Assembly: GCA_039589315.1 (NCBI GenBank)
Contig: JBDHHQ010000014.1
Coordinates: 1-64,000 of the forward strand
Reading direction: 5' to 3'
Origin: Gemmatimonadota bacterium
Lineage (GTDB): Bacteria; Gemmatimonadota; Gemmatimonadetes; Longimicrobiales; Gaopeijiaceae
Length of the DNA stretch: 64,000 nucleotides
Shown here: piece by piece, positions 1-9,308 of the stretch
Layout: the number at the start of each line of letters is the position of its first letter
How positions within the stretch are numbered: position 1 is the stretch's first letter
Program-made: the position numbers and the translations under genes
The notes under the pieces: generated by a model
Seen by the model: only the letters and a program-made list of their open reading frames with translations
What the model was told of the DNA's origin: nothing
Database searches by the model: none

Positions 1-1
1 C

Positions 2-109
2 GGCGGAACCGTCCGCTGCGCCGTGCACATCGACCAGGTGTTGTACGCACCGTCGGTCTGGCTGGACGACCGGTTGGTCGTCGATGGAGGCGAGGTGGTG
101 TTCGAGTGA
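2..109 (+). CDS. C-terminal fragment of a probable M29/thermophilic leucyl aminopeptidase-like metalloprotease (gene starts before window)
   Basis: Frame 2 reads GGTVRCAVHIDQVLYAPSVWLDDRLVVDGGEVVFE*, matching the GG..HxD..P.v.lDg..iv.dG tail of this family. Confidence 0.6.
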   Translation, partial: GGTVRCAVHIDQVLYAPSVWLDDRLVVDGGEVVFE

Positions 110-141
110 GGGGCGTCCCTCATGCCTGCTCCTGCCCTCCC

Positions 142-290
142 CTTACGATCTCACCGAATCCTGCCGTCCCGACCCGTCCTGCTGCCGCTCAAGATCCCAC
201 CGGATTCTGCCGTCCCGATCCGTCCTGCCCCCGCTCACGGTCCCACCGATCCTGCCGTCGCGATTCGTCCTGCTCTCCCCACCTCTCACG
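142..290. repeat. Three imperfect tandem repeats of ~46-50 bp plus the start of a fourth
   Basis: Units begin near 142, 188 and 234; shared core CTCACGATCCCACCG(G)ATCCTGCCGTCCCGATCCGTCCTGC. Confidence 0.85.
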
Positions 291-880
291 ATCGCGAGGG
301 CACTGATCCCAACTTGCTGAAGGCGCCTACGCTTCTGAAGGCGGCAACGGCCATGTCGAGGTCGAGGGTCTCGCCAGCCCAGAGGGGGGTGGTGGTGCAG
401 AGGTCGGGCACGATGCCCCGGCTGCGGTGGTCGGCGAGGAGGTGCCCGCCCGGCTGATCCGGCAGCCTCGGCACGGGCGCCGGGGTGGGGAGGATCCGTC
501 CGTCGGGCCGGTAGAACGTGACGCCGCGCCCCGGTTCGAGCTCCACCCGGAAGCCGTCCTCGTGCACGGCCCGGTGACGGCGCCGGCAGAGCAGCACGAG
601 GTTGCCGAGGCACGTGGCACCGCCATCGGCCCAGTGCGTGAGGTGACGGGCGTCGCAGAAGCGGAGGCCGCAGCCCGGGAAGCGGCATCCCCGGTCCCGG
701 TGGCCCAGAGCCCGGCGCAGGGCCGGCGGCACGGTACCGGTCTTCCGGCCCACGTGCAGCAGCGCGCCGTCGGGGGCGTGTGTCATGTACGACCAGGCCG
801 GCGTCGCAAGCCAGGCGCCGAGACGTTTCCGCGGAAACGTCCCAGCCACTGAACTCAAGCGCGCTCCTCGGCTCACCGGT
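286..880 (-). pseudogene. Truncated, frameshifted DUF222/13E12-repeat-family HNH endonuclease
   Basis: One frame gives SALEFSGWDVSAETSRRLACDAGLVV; the other continues MTHAPDG..VGRKT..PPALRRAL..RDRGCRFPGC..CDARH..HWADGG.T.L.NLVLLCRRRH. One-base shift near 787; conserved HH pairs changed to RH; long N-terminus absent. Confidence 0.85.
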
Positions 881-1024
881 ACGGGCGTGAAGCGCAGGTA
901 GAACGGCGACGGCTGGTCGACCGTTCGGCCAGAGTCCACTCCCACCCACTTGCCTCCCGGCACCCCACCGCCGACACTGTCCGTCCGCATGAAACTCAGT
1001 CGTTCCCAATCAGACGAGGTCACG

Positions 1025-2488
1025 ATGTCCGCCTCCCCGTCTCCACTTCGCTCGTCGCCGGCTGTCGCGCTGTTCCTCTGCCTGGCCGCGATCGCACCGA
1101 TCTCCGGTCAGTCCGTCGAGGACGCCAAGCAGTCCGCCCTCGACCACGCCACCGGCCTGGAAGACCTGGTGGGTCAGATGTCGATGCGGCTCTGGGATTA
1201 CTCGGAGATCGCGCTGCGGGAGTCCCAGTCGGCCAACTACTTGGCGGATCTCCTGGAAGAGGAGGGCTTCACGGTGGAGCGCGGCGTGGCCGGTATGCCC
1301 ACTGCCTTCTTGGCATCGTACGGCACCGGGTCACCAATCCTGGGCGTTCTGGCTGAGTATGACGCGCTCCCCAACATCGGGAACGCGGTGGAGCCCCGGC
1401 GGGCCGCCAGGGAGGATGGCCACATTCATGGCCAGGGGTGCGGGCACAACCTCTTCGGAGCGGGTTCGGTCGCCGCCGCCATCGCCCTCAAGCGCATGAT
1501 GGAAGATCACGACGTGCCGGGTACCCTCCGCCTGTACGGAACGCCGGCCGAGGAGACCGTGGTGGGCAAGGTCTACATGGCTCGAGACGGCCTTTTTGAC
1601 GACCTCGACGCGTCCATCGTATGGCATCCGGGGCAGGAGACAGGCGTCTCCAACAACCGGGCCCGAGCCCTCAACAACTTCGAGGTCACCTTCCGGGGCC
1701 AGGCGGCCCACGGCGCGGCCGACCCATGGAACGGCCGCAGCGCACTCGACGCCGTCGAGCTGATGAATCACGGCGTCAACATGATGCGGGAGCACATCGA
1801 GCCCAGCGCGCGCATCCACTATGTGATCCCCAACGCCGGTGAGGCGCCGAACGTGGTGCCCGAGCACGCCAAGGTCTGGTACTACGTGCGCGACACGACG
1901 CGGACCGTGGTCGAGGAGAACTACGACTGGATCCTCGATATCGCCGAGGGCGCCGCCAAGATGACGCACACGACCCACGAGGTCTTCCTGAACACGGGCG
2001 TGCACGCCTATGTGCTCAACCGCCCGCTTCAGGAGGCCATGCAGGCCAACCTCGAGCGCGTGGGACCGCCCCAGTTCGGCAGCGAAGACCAGGCATTCGC
2101 GAAGGAGCTTCAAGCATTCCTCGAGGTCGAAGAGAGCGGGTTGAACGACACGATCAAGGCGTTGGCGCCCCAACCGGAGATGGCGGAAGGCGGCTCGTCC
2201 GACGTGGCGGAGGTCAGCCACATCACGCCGACTGTGGAGTTCTCGGTGACAACTGCTGCGGAGCATGTGCCGTGGCACTCCTGGGCCACGAGCGCGTCCC
2301 ACGGCACGCCGGGCGCGGTTAAGGGCGCCCAGGTGGCCGCCAAGGCTCTGGCGCTCATGGGGGCCGAGATACTGACGGACGCGGACCTGCTAGCCCGAGC
2401 CAAGGCCGCCCATGAGGAAGCCACGGGAGGCGAGCCGTACGAGTCACCGCTGCCGGAGGGTCAGGCGCCGCCGCTCCCCACCAACTGA
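1025..2488 (+). CDS. Secreted M20-family amidohydrolase (AbgB-like)
   Basis: Signal peptide; motifs AEYDALP, GCGHN, GTPAEE, WHP, GSSD, PWHS; GAGG upstream of ATG 1025. Confidence 0.88.
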   Translation: MSASPSPLRSSPAVALFLCLAAIAPISGQSVEDAKQSALDHATGLEDLVGQMSMRLWDYSEIALRESQSANYLADLLEEEGFTVERGVAGMPTAFLASYGTGSPILGVLAEYDALPNIGNAVEPRRAAREDGHIHGQGCGHNLFGAGSVAAAIALKRMMEDHDVPGTLRLYGTPAEETVVGKVYMARDGLFDDLDASIVWHPGQETGVSNNRARALNNFEVTFRGQAAHGAADPWNGRSALDAVELMNHGVNMMREHIEPSARIHYVIPNAGEAPNVVPEHAKVWYYVRDTTRTVVEENYDWILDIAEGAAKMTHTTHEVFLNTGVHAYVLNRPLQEAMQANLERVGPPQFGSEDQAFAKELQAFLEVEESGLNDTIKALAPQPEMAEGGSSDVAEVSHITPTVEFSVTTAAEHVPWHSWATSASHGTPGAVKGAQVAAKALALMGAEILTDADLLARAKAAHEEATGGEPYESPLPEGQAPPLPTN

Positions 2489-2561
2489 GGGATGTCCGGA
2501 CGGCCTCGTGGCACGACTGTCAAAGCGACTCGGGTGAGGCGGCTGTCAGGGCGGCTCGGAC

Positions 2562-2605
2562 GACGCGAATGGCAGGGAGACTCGTGTGACGCGAATGGCA
2601 GGGAG
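2562..2605. repeat. 18-bp perfect direct repeat GACGCGAATGGCAGGGAG (2562-2579 and 2588-2605)
   Basis: Read directly; second copy carries the GGAG(G) RBS of the next gene. Confidence 0.85.
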
Positions 2606-2611
2606 GCTTCA

Positions 2612-3907
2612 GTGAGTGGACTGACGATCGGGCAACGCGCTGTGACTGGTACGATATCGTGGACCCACTGGGCCTCCTGGTCCCTCTGTGCCGCTCTGGC
2701 CCTGGGTCCCCTGACCACCCACGCCCACGCCCAGGATCCAACCATCGTTCTCCACGCCGGCCGGGTCCTGGACGGCTCCGGTGGATCGGCCGCGAATCGG
2801 GACGTGGTCATCCGCGACGGCCGCATCGTCGAGGTGGTCCCGGGTGGAGAAGGCCGGGGAGACGTCCGGTATGAGTTGGGCGATCTGACCCTCCTTCCAG
2901 GCTTGATCGACACCCACGTCCACATCGGCTGGCACTTCGACCGGTCCACGGGCAGGACGCACGGCTCAGACGTGGACGAGTCGCCGGAAGACGCCGCGCT
3001 CTACGCGGCAGCGAATGCGTACACCACTCTCACGAGCGGCGTCACGACCGTGCAGAGCCTGGGTGCGCCGGTGGATCTGCCCCTCCGAGAAGCCATCGCC
3101 AGTGGTCAGGTGCCGGGCCCCAGGGTGATCACCTCGGTGTCGGCGATCACGGCACGAACCGGCTCGCCGGAAGAGATCCGGGCTCGCGTGGACGAGCTCG
3201 CCGATCGGGGTGCGGACGTGATCAAGATCTTCGCCTCCGCCAGTATCCGGGACGGCGGTGGGCCCACTCTGAGCCAGGAGCAGCTCGACGCCGCCTGCGG
3301 GCAGGCCCGCGACCGAGGACTCCGCAGTTTTGTGCACGCCTACGACCCCGAGGCCGTCCGGCGCGTGGTGGCCGCCGGCTGCACCGGTGTCGAGCACGGA
3401 GCCCTCCTGGACCGCCCCACGCTCGAGCTGATGGCCCAGCACGGCGTCTATCTCGATCCGAACATCGACCTGGTGTTCCGGAACTACTTCGAAAACGCCG
3501 ACCGTTTCCTGGGCGTGGGGAACTACACGGAAGAGGGCTTCGCCCTGATGGGAGAAGCCCAGCCGAAGGCGCTGGCGGTCTTCCAAACCGGACTCGAGGT
3601 GCCCGGTCTCAAGATGGTCTTCGGCACGGACGCGGTAGCCGGCACTCACGGCCGTAACTACCAGGAGTTGGTGTACCGGATCGAGGTTGGTGGACAAGAC
3701 CCCATGGACGCGATCGTGTCGGCAACGTCCCTCGCCGCGGAAGCGCTCGGCCTGGAAAACGAGATCGGGCGGGTCGCTCCAGGGCTGGAAGCCGATCTGA
3801 TCGCTACGGCCGGGGACCCCACGGAGGACCCGTCCGCACTCGGCCGGGTGGTCTTCGTCATGAAGGACGGGTCGGTGGTCAGGAACGATCCGCCCCGAGA
3901 CGAATAG
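2612..3907 (+). CDS. Secreted metal-dependent amidohydrolase (Xaa-Pro dipeptidase-like, amidohydrolase superfamily)
   Basis: PGLIDTHVH, VIKI, VHA, EHG, GTD motifs; signal peptide ending AHA-Q; GGAGG before GTG 2612. Confidence 0.88.
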   Translation: MSGLTIGQRAVTGTISWTHWASWSLCAALALGPLTTHAHAQDPTIVLHAGRVLDGSGGSAANRDVVIRDGRIVEVVPGGEGRGDVRYELGDLTLLPGLIDTHVHIGWHFDRSTGRTHGSDVDESPEDAALYAAANAYTTLTSGVTTVQSLGAPVDLPLREAIASGQVPGPRVITSVSAITARTGSPEEIRARVDELADRGADVIKIFASASIRDGGGPTLSQEQLDAACGQARDRGLRSFVHAYDPEAVRRVVAAGCTGVEHGALLDRPTLELMAQHGVYLDPNIDLVFRNYFENADRFLGVGNYTEEGFALMGEAQPKALAVFQTGLEVPGLKMVFGTDAVAGTHGRNYQELVYRIEVGGQDPMDAIVSATSLAAEALGLENEIGRVAPGLEADLIATAGDPTEDPSALGRVVFVMKDGSVVRNDPPRDE

Positions 3908-4059
3908 GGATCTCGAACCCACGGCTAGCAGGCATCGCGCCAGGACCCACGACCATGCCGCGCGCGGAACGCGACCCGCACAACCACCTGACAGAACCGG
4001 GGTGATCAACGTCCATGGGCAACGACTGACGTGCCGGCGCGTAGCCCGGCCCGTGGGAC

Positions 4060-4971
4060 CTACCCGCCCTCGCGAGCCCGCTCCAGCATGGCCTGAAACA
4101 CGGGGTCTTCCCGGATCAGCGACCACGCCATGCGACTCTCGAGGGTGTGGACCGTGACCGGAGAGGGTACCGACAGCAGGAACTCCAGGTCTGCAACCGC
4201 ACCGTCGACGTTGCCCAGCTCGGCGTAGTACTGGGCGCGCCGCCGCCGAATGAAGACCGATTCGAAGGCCGAGATGTCGACCGCCAGGGCGCGCTCCAGC
4301 TCCGCATGCGCCTCCTCGGCGTGCCCGGCCCGCGCCAGGTTTCGGGCCCGGAGAGCCCTGAAGTCGGCTTCGTCGTAGGAATCGACGAATTCCCGTTCGG
4401 CGACCGACTCGGCCACGACGGAGTCCCAGTAGATGCGTGAGACATCGAGGCGGCCGGCGGCTCGGTGCATCCAGGCCTTCGCCGCGAAGCAGTCGCACCG
4501 GTAGGCGGGGTCGGCTGCGTCGCCCGAGAGCTTCTCGATGAGCGTGTCGAGCTGCCCTCCGACGAGGAGCTCGGGGAAGCTGTATGCCCAGCCGGCCACC
4601 TCGGTCGGCGGGAACTCCCGACGCTTCCTGGCGTCCTGGAAGAGCGACTGCACACCCTCGACGCCTCCGCCGCTTGCCAGCTCGAGCCAGAGGCGCTCGC
4701 GGAGAATCAGATTGTGGTCGCCCTCGCTGTGGTCGCTCATCTCGGCGATGCGCAGATAGAGATCCGCCTCGTCGAGCTTCCGCATGTAGCGGGCCGCTTC
4801 AGCGGCTGCGACCAGCGCGCGTGGAGGGGCGGAATCCTGGTCGGCAATGTAGATGCGGTCTTCGTAGTCGCGACGAATCTCGTCGGCCACGCCGGGCGAG
4901 CCCGAAGCGCAAGCGCCGGACCCCAGGCCCAACATGACGAGTGCCACCGCGCGAAGGAGCGGGATTCTCAT
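4060..4971 (-). CDS. Helical TPR-like lipoprotein of unknown function
   Basis: GGAGG RBS; signal peptide with SGAC lipobox-like Cys; A..Y..LG..D.A..DL repeats. Confidence 0.7.
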   Translation of the reverse strand: MRIPLLRAVALVMLGLGSGACASGSPGVADEIRRDYEDRIYIADQDSAPPRALVAAAEAARYMRKLDEADLYLRIAEMSDHSEGDHNLILRERLWLELASGGGVEGVQSLFQDARKRREFPPTEVAGWAYSFPELLVGGQLDTLIEKLSGDAADPAYRCDCFAAKAWMHRAAGRLDVSRIYWDSVVAESVAEREFVDSYDEADFRALRARNLARAGHAEEAHAELERALAVDISAFESVFIRRRRAQYYAELGNVDGAVADLEFLLSVPSPVTVHTLESRMAWSLIREDPVFQAMLERAREGG

Positions 4972-5198
4972 CAGTGTTACCTCCGCCAACACCATGGCAT
5001 GGCGGGGTAGCCACGCGCCAGCGTCTTGGGGTCGGAGGACCATCGCCCCACAAGGGTGGGTCCGAAGTCTCGCTCATGCGGTTGGGACTGCGGCGACCGT
5101 CGCTCATGGGATGGTGGAGGCCTCGATGCATGGCCTGAGTCGCCTCCGCCGCGCGTGGAATCTGCGCAGCCGCAGCTTCAGTGATGTCGCGTCGCAGC

Positions 5199-6056
5199 CT
5201 ATGGGATGGGCGGTAGCCGCGTCATCCGGTCACCCAGCCCAAAGCGGATCCCCCGCAGGTCTGGTCCCCAGCGGAAGCCCAGGTTGATGAGAGGCCGGAA
5301 CAGGATGATCTTCGGTCGCGGATGCGTGCCAAAGGTGACGCCGAGCTCGTACTGGCGATTGACGGACTGGGTCCCGCCGGGTTCAGCGTCCAGGTCGGTG
5401 TCCCCGAAGAACCCCCCAACGTATCCGTAGACCCCGACCTGGGCCCGGTTGCCCCAGATCCGGAAGTCCAGGTAGTGCCGGGCATCTCCCTTCAACTGCA
5501 CTGCGAGGAGACGGTCGCTCAGGTTGTCGAGGGACGACACGCTCCCCGCGAGGTCGACGCTGGGCTGCAGTCCGAGTTCCAGCCCCTTCCACGGAAAGAC
5601 GAACTCACCCAAGATGCCCAGGAGGCCGAATCCGGCCTCGTTGTCGTGCTCCAGGTCGAATCCTGCGCCTACGTCACCATAGGTACGAATGAGCGAGCGC
5701 TCACTCAATGGAAAGCGCAGCTCCAGGCCCACTGCAGCCGTGAGGACTGATGACGTCCGGAGCTCTTCCTGGAACGAATCCTGCCGGATCCCCGAGATCG
5801 ACCCGGAGAGGCGAGGCGCGATCCCGATCTTGCCGCCCTCGTGGCTGCGGATGGAGGGCGTGAGGCGACCGCGCAGCGTCCAGATCTGCTGGTCGCCCAC
5901 CTTGAAGACCCCGAACCCGAAGTAATGGAGGTACGGCAGGTTGAGGTCGGTCAGAGCGCCCGACTGTGCGACGGCTGGCACGGGCAGGGCCACCGACACC
6001 GATAGGACCGTGAGGGCGGCGAGCGACCGCGCCAGCCCCCGTGCCTGTCTCCACAT
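5199..6056 (-). CDS. Putative outer-membrane beta-barrel protein
   Basis: Signal peptide (AVA-Q); many amphipathic Gly/aromatic strands (VGLELRF, YELGVTFG, INLGFRWG, GIRFGLG). Confidence 0.65.
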   Translation of the reverse strand: MWRQARGLARSLAALTVLSVSVALPVPAVAQSGALTDLNLPYLHYFGFGVFKVGDQQIWTLRGRLTPSIRSHEGGKIGIAPRLSGSISGIRQDSFQEELRTSSVLTAAVGLELRFPLSERSLIRTYGDVGAGFDLEHDNEAGFGLLGILGEFVFPWKGLELGLQPSVDLAGSVSSLDNLSDRLLAVQLKGDARHYLDFRIWGNRAQVGVYGYVGGFFGDTDLDAEPGGTQSVNRQYELGVTFGTHPRPKIILFRPLINLGFRWGPDLRGIRFGLGDRMTRLPPIP

Positions 6057-6240
6057 GCCCCTCATCAAGCGATCGTGCCCAGGGGGCGTAGCATCGCCAA
6101 TGTCTCGTCCCTCCGTCTCGTCCGTCCGGGTCGTGGCGCGTCAAGGAGCCCGCACGCCGAGGCCGTCCTCGGTCAGCGCGCGGCCTCGGCCACTATGCCG
6201 GCACCTGGCGGAGCGGAGTGAGTGCCTGCCGCCTTCCCAT

Positions 6241-7280
6241 CTAGAAGTAGTACCGCATGTTCAGCAGGAGCGACCCGCTGTCGATGTTCTCATCCTCCGA
6301 CGCCTCGTCCGTAAACGAGAGACTCGAGAATCTCGAATCGATCGCGATCACAAAGTCCTCCCGGCCTGTGTAGGCGATCCGGAAGCCAGAGCGAAGCCCA
6401 ACGGCACTGAGATGCGAGCGTACAGGTCGAGGTCGACCGCACCCGCCAGCTGGAACGACACCTGGTCCTCTCCCCTGCGGGCGACTGACTCGCCCACGCC
6501 GATCTCGGTGCTGGCCAATACGCCGACCAGATCGCTCGCCGCCCACGCGAAGCGTAGCCCGCCGCCTGCCCGGACCGATGGCACATCCCGTACGAGCGGG
6601 ACTTGCTCGTCCTCGATGATGCCCTCGATCCAGTCGGCGAAGTTCACACCCGTGAAGCTGTTGTTCCACAGGTTCGCAGTAGCCGAGAGGCCCACCTTTT
6701 CGGTCTCGACCAGACGGATCAGCCATCCCAGCTCGAAGCCGGTCAGGACCGTTGCCCCCTGTGATAGGATGGCTCCCACGTCGGTACCGAGCCGACCCAC
6801 TAGATTGACCTTGCCCCACACGGCCATCCAATCCTTCACGGCGTACTGGTACTCGAAGTCCAGGACCGCGAACAGGAGATCGCCGCTCAGCCCCGGAATC
6901 GTATCCCCACCACCGATGTCGAGCCTCGGAGTGAACTGGATGTCCAGGGCCTGACCAATCCCCAGGCTGTTCCGCACGAACGTCCGCGAGAACGGATCCC
7001 GGGTGATGTTGTTGGGGATGAAGCGGTGGTCACCGAGGAGGGGGCGTAGTCTGTCCGGCCCCTCTTCGGGTCCCTGTGCTGAAAGGCAATTGGCCGCACC
7101 GATCGGCAACAGGGATCCGAGGGCCAGGAGTAGACCCGCGCGGGCCATTGCACCCAGGCGCGGTCGCTGGATCCGCAGCGGTCCGGCAGTCGAGTTGGCC
7201 GCGTTCGATGCACGAGGCTGATTGGCCGTTCTCGGGCGATCGGGAGCTCCCGGGCCGTTGGACGTTCTCTGCGCGTTCAT
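6241..7280 (-). pseudogene. Outer-membrane beta-barrel gene interrupted by a frameshift near 6388 (real lesion or assembly error)
   Basis: Frame of ORF 6348..7994 gives signal peptide and barrel strands to VPLGFAL; frame of 6241..6831 continues GFRIAYTGREDF...LLLNMRYYF with terminal Phe. ATG 7280 overlaps the upstream stop (alternative start 7149). Confidence 0.75.
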
Positions 7281-7924
7281 CGTCCACCTCCCAGGGGCAG
7301 AAGGACACCCGCAATGAGCTGGAAGCCGCTCGACCGAAACCGCACCGGCAGCGCCTCTTCGGTCGTGGTGCTGTTCGCCAGATTCATGAGGCTCTGGGAG
7401 TACCTGAGCTCGAGACTCACGTTGGGCCTCCCGGCGAACACGATGCCGCCGAAGCCGAAGTTCACGGCCACGTCGAAGTCCTCCAGGCGGTCCTTGACGT
7501 CCTCTTCGTTGCTCCCTTCCGTGAAGGTCGCTCCGGTCAGAATGCCGAAGTCCAGGCCGCTCGTGACGAAGGTGCGACCGTTCCCGGCCATGACCTTCAC
7601 GAGCACGGGCAGGGTCACGTAGTCCAACGACACGCTGCCGCTGTCCACCGGCTCCTCCTGGCCCTCTACCTCGACGCCCAGGCTGCTGCCGCGCTTCGTC
7701 AACGTCGGCTGGAGCAGCAGGTAGACGTCCTCGGCGAGGCGGAATTCTCCCACCAGGCCCAGGACCAAACCCGTCTTTCCGCCCCACTTCACCTTGTCGG
7801 GCGCGTCGCCCTTGATGGAGGACATGTTGAGCCCCCCTACGACGCCCAGAGTCTGGGCGGCCGCATGATCCGTGGCCCCCGCCCAGACCAGGAGTGCCAG
7901 GATGCCCGCAAGCGTAGTTCGCAT
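7277..7924 (-). CDS. PorT-like small outer-membrane beta-barrel protein (OMP_b-brl_2 type)
   Basis: Signal peptide; GVVGGLNMS, LDYVTLPVLVK, ELRYSQSL, FQLIAGVLLPL; GGAGG RBS. Confidence 0.85.
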   Translation of the reverse strand: MRTTLAGILALLVWAGATDHAAAQTLGVVGGLNMSSIKGDAPDKVKWGGKTGLVLGLVGEFRLAEDVYLLLQPTLTKRGSSLGVEVEGQEEPVDSGSVSLDYVTLPVLVKVMAGNGRTFVTSGLDFGILTGATFTEGSNEEDVKDRLEDFDVAVNFGFGGIVFAGRPNVSLELRYSQSLMNLANSTTTEEALPVRFRSSGFQLIAGVLLPLGGGR

Positions 7925-7980
7925 CAGTCGAGATCCTCCCTTCCGCGTGATCGATCGGGGGCGGGCCCGGTCGGTGGTGG

Positions 7981-9297
7981 TCACATCGAAACATCCCACT
8001 GAAGCCTCAAGCCGAGGCTGTCCTTCTCATCTCCTGTGCGGGTATCGGCGGTGAGCCACAGCAGCTCGGCCGAGAGCTTGTTGAGGTGTCCGTTGAAGAA
8101 CCAGTTGGTCGTGAGCGAGATCTCCTGCTGGATGTCGCTTTCTTCGCCGACCTCCGGGTCGTAGAAGGTGTGGCGGACGGCCAACTCCAGTTGGCGCGGA
8201 AAGCTCTCCCAGAGGGTTCCGAGCAGGACACCGACCTGGGCGTAGTTTCCGACCAGGGTGGTGCGGACGTCATTCACCGTGTCGTCGATGCGCTTCCAGT
8301 GGAACTCCTGCTGCCAGGAGATGCCAAGGTACTTGAAGGCCGTCTCGGCGGTCCACTGGTTCACGCGGTACTGGCCGGCTTCCCCGTCGTCGAAGTCCGG
8401 AAGCTGGCCTCCACCCGCCTGTGAAAACCGGGTATATGGACTCCGGTTGGTGGCAGCGGCCGCGGCCAGTAGAAGCGCCGGCCGTTCGGTCCCTCCCAGG
8501 TCCGATCCCGAGAACCCGATGGGCTCGCCCATGAGGTTCCAGTGGAGTCGCCCCATGACCAGCGGGTGGCTGTCGTCGTTGGACTTGCCGGCCCTGCCTG
8601 TACCGGTGGCCACGGTCGTCCAGTAGCTGAAGTCCGCCAGCCCACCCCCGTCGAATCGGCCATAGAGAGAAACGCCCTGCTGCCGATCCAGCGTGAAGAC
8701 AGGGTTGATGAGCGAGCGATCCATCAGCTGTTGCTGCCCCGACGAGATCACCCGCTCCCGGTTATAGTGGACCTTCCACTGCCCGACCTTCAGGCTCAGC
8801 CAAGGTGCGAGGCGGTACTGGGCCCTGAAGTCGAGCAGGGCGTTGCCCTGGAGCTCGTATTCGAAGAAGTAGGTGAGGTCGGGCGTGAACGCGTGCCCGC
8901 CGATCTTGATGCGCGCACGGTTGACGCCGAAGGTCATGCCCTCGGTGACGCGGTCGGCCAGCACGGTGTCTCCCAGAGTGCCGCCCGTAAAGCGGAACTG
9001 GAGGCGGGGCTGGATCTGGATGAGGAACCGGCCGTCCTCGGTCTCGATCTCCACGCCTCGGCTGCCGTGGCCGATCCGGACCGAGGGTCGGGTGGTGTCG
9101 GCGGGCTCGCCCTCCTGGACCCCGTGGCTCACCGGGCTCGGAGGTTGGCTGTCCCGTGGGCCCTCGGATCCCTGCGCTCCGGCAGCCTCGGCCACCAACG
9201 CGAGCGTTGCGACCGCTGCGATCAAACGGCCCACGAGCCGAGGGGGCTTCCCAACGACACGTCCGCCCCGTGCGGCAACCCCGGCTCGGCGCGTCAT
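7981..9297 (-). CDS. OprO/OprP-type anion-selective porin
   Basis: RLQFRF, RARIKIGGH, LKVGQWKV..RE...SS..Q..DRS, C-terminal GLRLQWDVSM; Arg/Lys-rich N-terminal strands. Confidence 0.8.
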   Translation of the reverse strand: MTRRAGVAARGGRVVGKPPRLVGRLIAAVATLALVAEAAGAQGSEGPRDSQPPSPVSHGVQEGEPADTTRPSVRIGHGSRGVEIETEDGRFLIQIQPRLQFRFTGGTLGDTVLADRVTEGMTFGVNRARIKIGGHAFTPDLTYFFEYELQGNALLDFRAQYRLAPWLSLKVGQWKVHYNRERVISSGQQQLMDRSLINPVFTLDRQQGVSLYGRFDGGGLADFSYWTTVATGTGRAGKSNDDSHPLVMGRLHWNLMGEPIGFSGSDLGGTERPALLLAAAAATNRSPYTRFSQAGGGQLPDFDDGEAGQYRVNQWTAETAFKYLGISWQQEFHWKRIDDTVNDVRTTLVGNYAQVGVLLGTLWESFPRQLELAVRHTFYDPEVGEESDIQQEISLTTNWFFNGHLNKLSAELLWLTADTRTGDEKDSLGLRLQWDVSM

Positions 9298-9308
9298 GGG
9301 CCAGCCCT

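Noticed and set aside
142..290. CRISPR array
   Set aside because: Units are contiguous and degenerate with no unique spacers, and no cas genes are present
2966..4498. 510-aa minus-strand ORF
   Set aside because: Shadow frame over the amidohydrolase and TPR genes; Arg/Gly-rich with no motifs
6348..7994. 548-aa ORF as one protein
   Set aside because: First ~238 codons are an alternate frame of the PorT-like gene; only the part from 7280 looks coding
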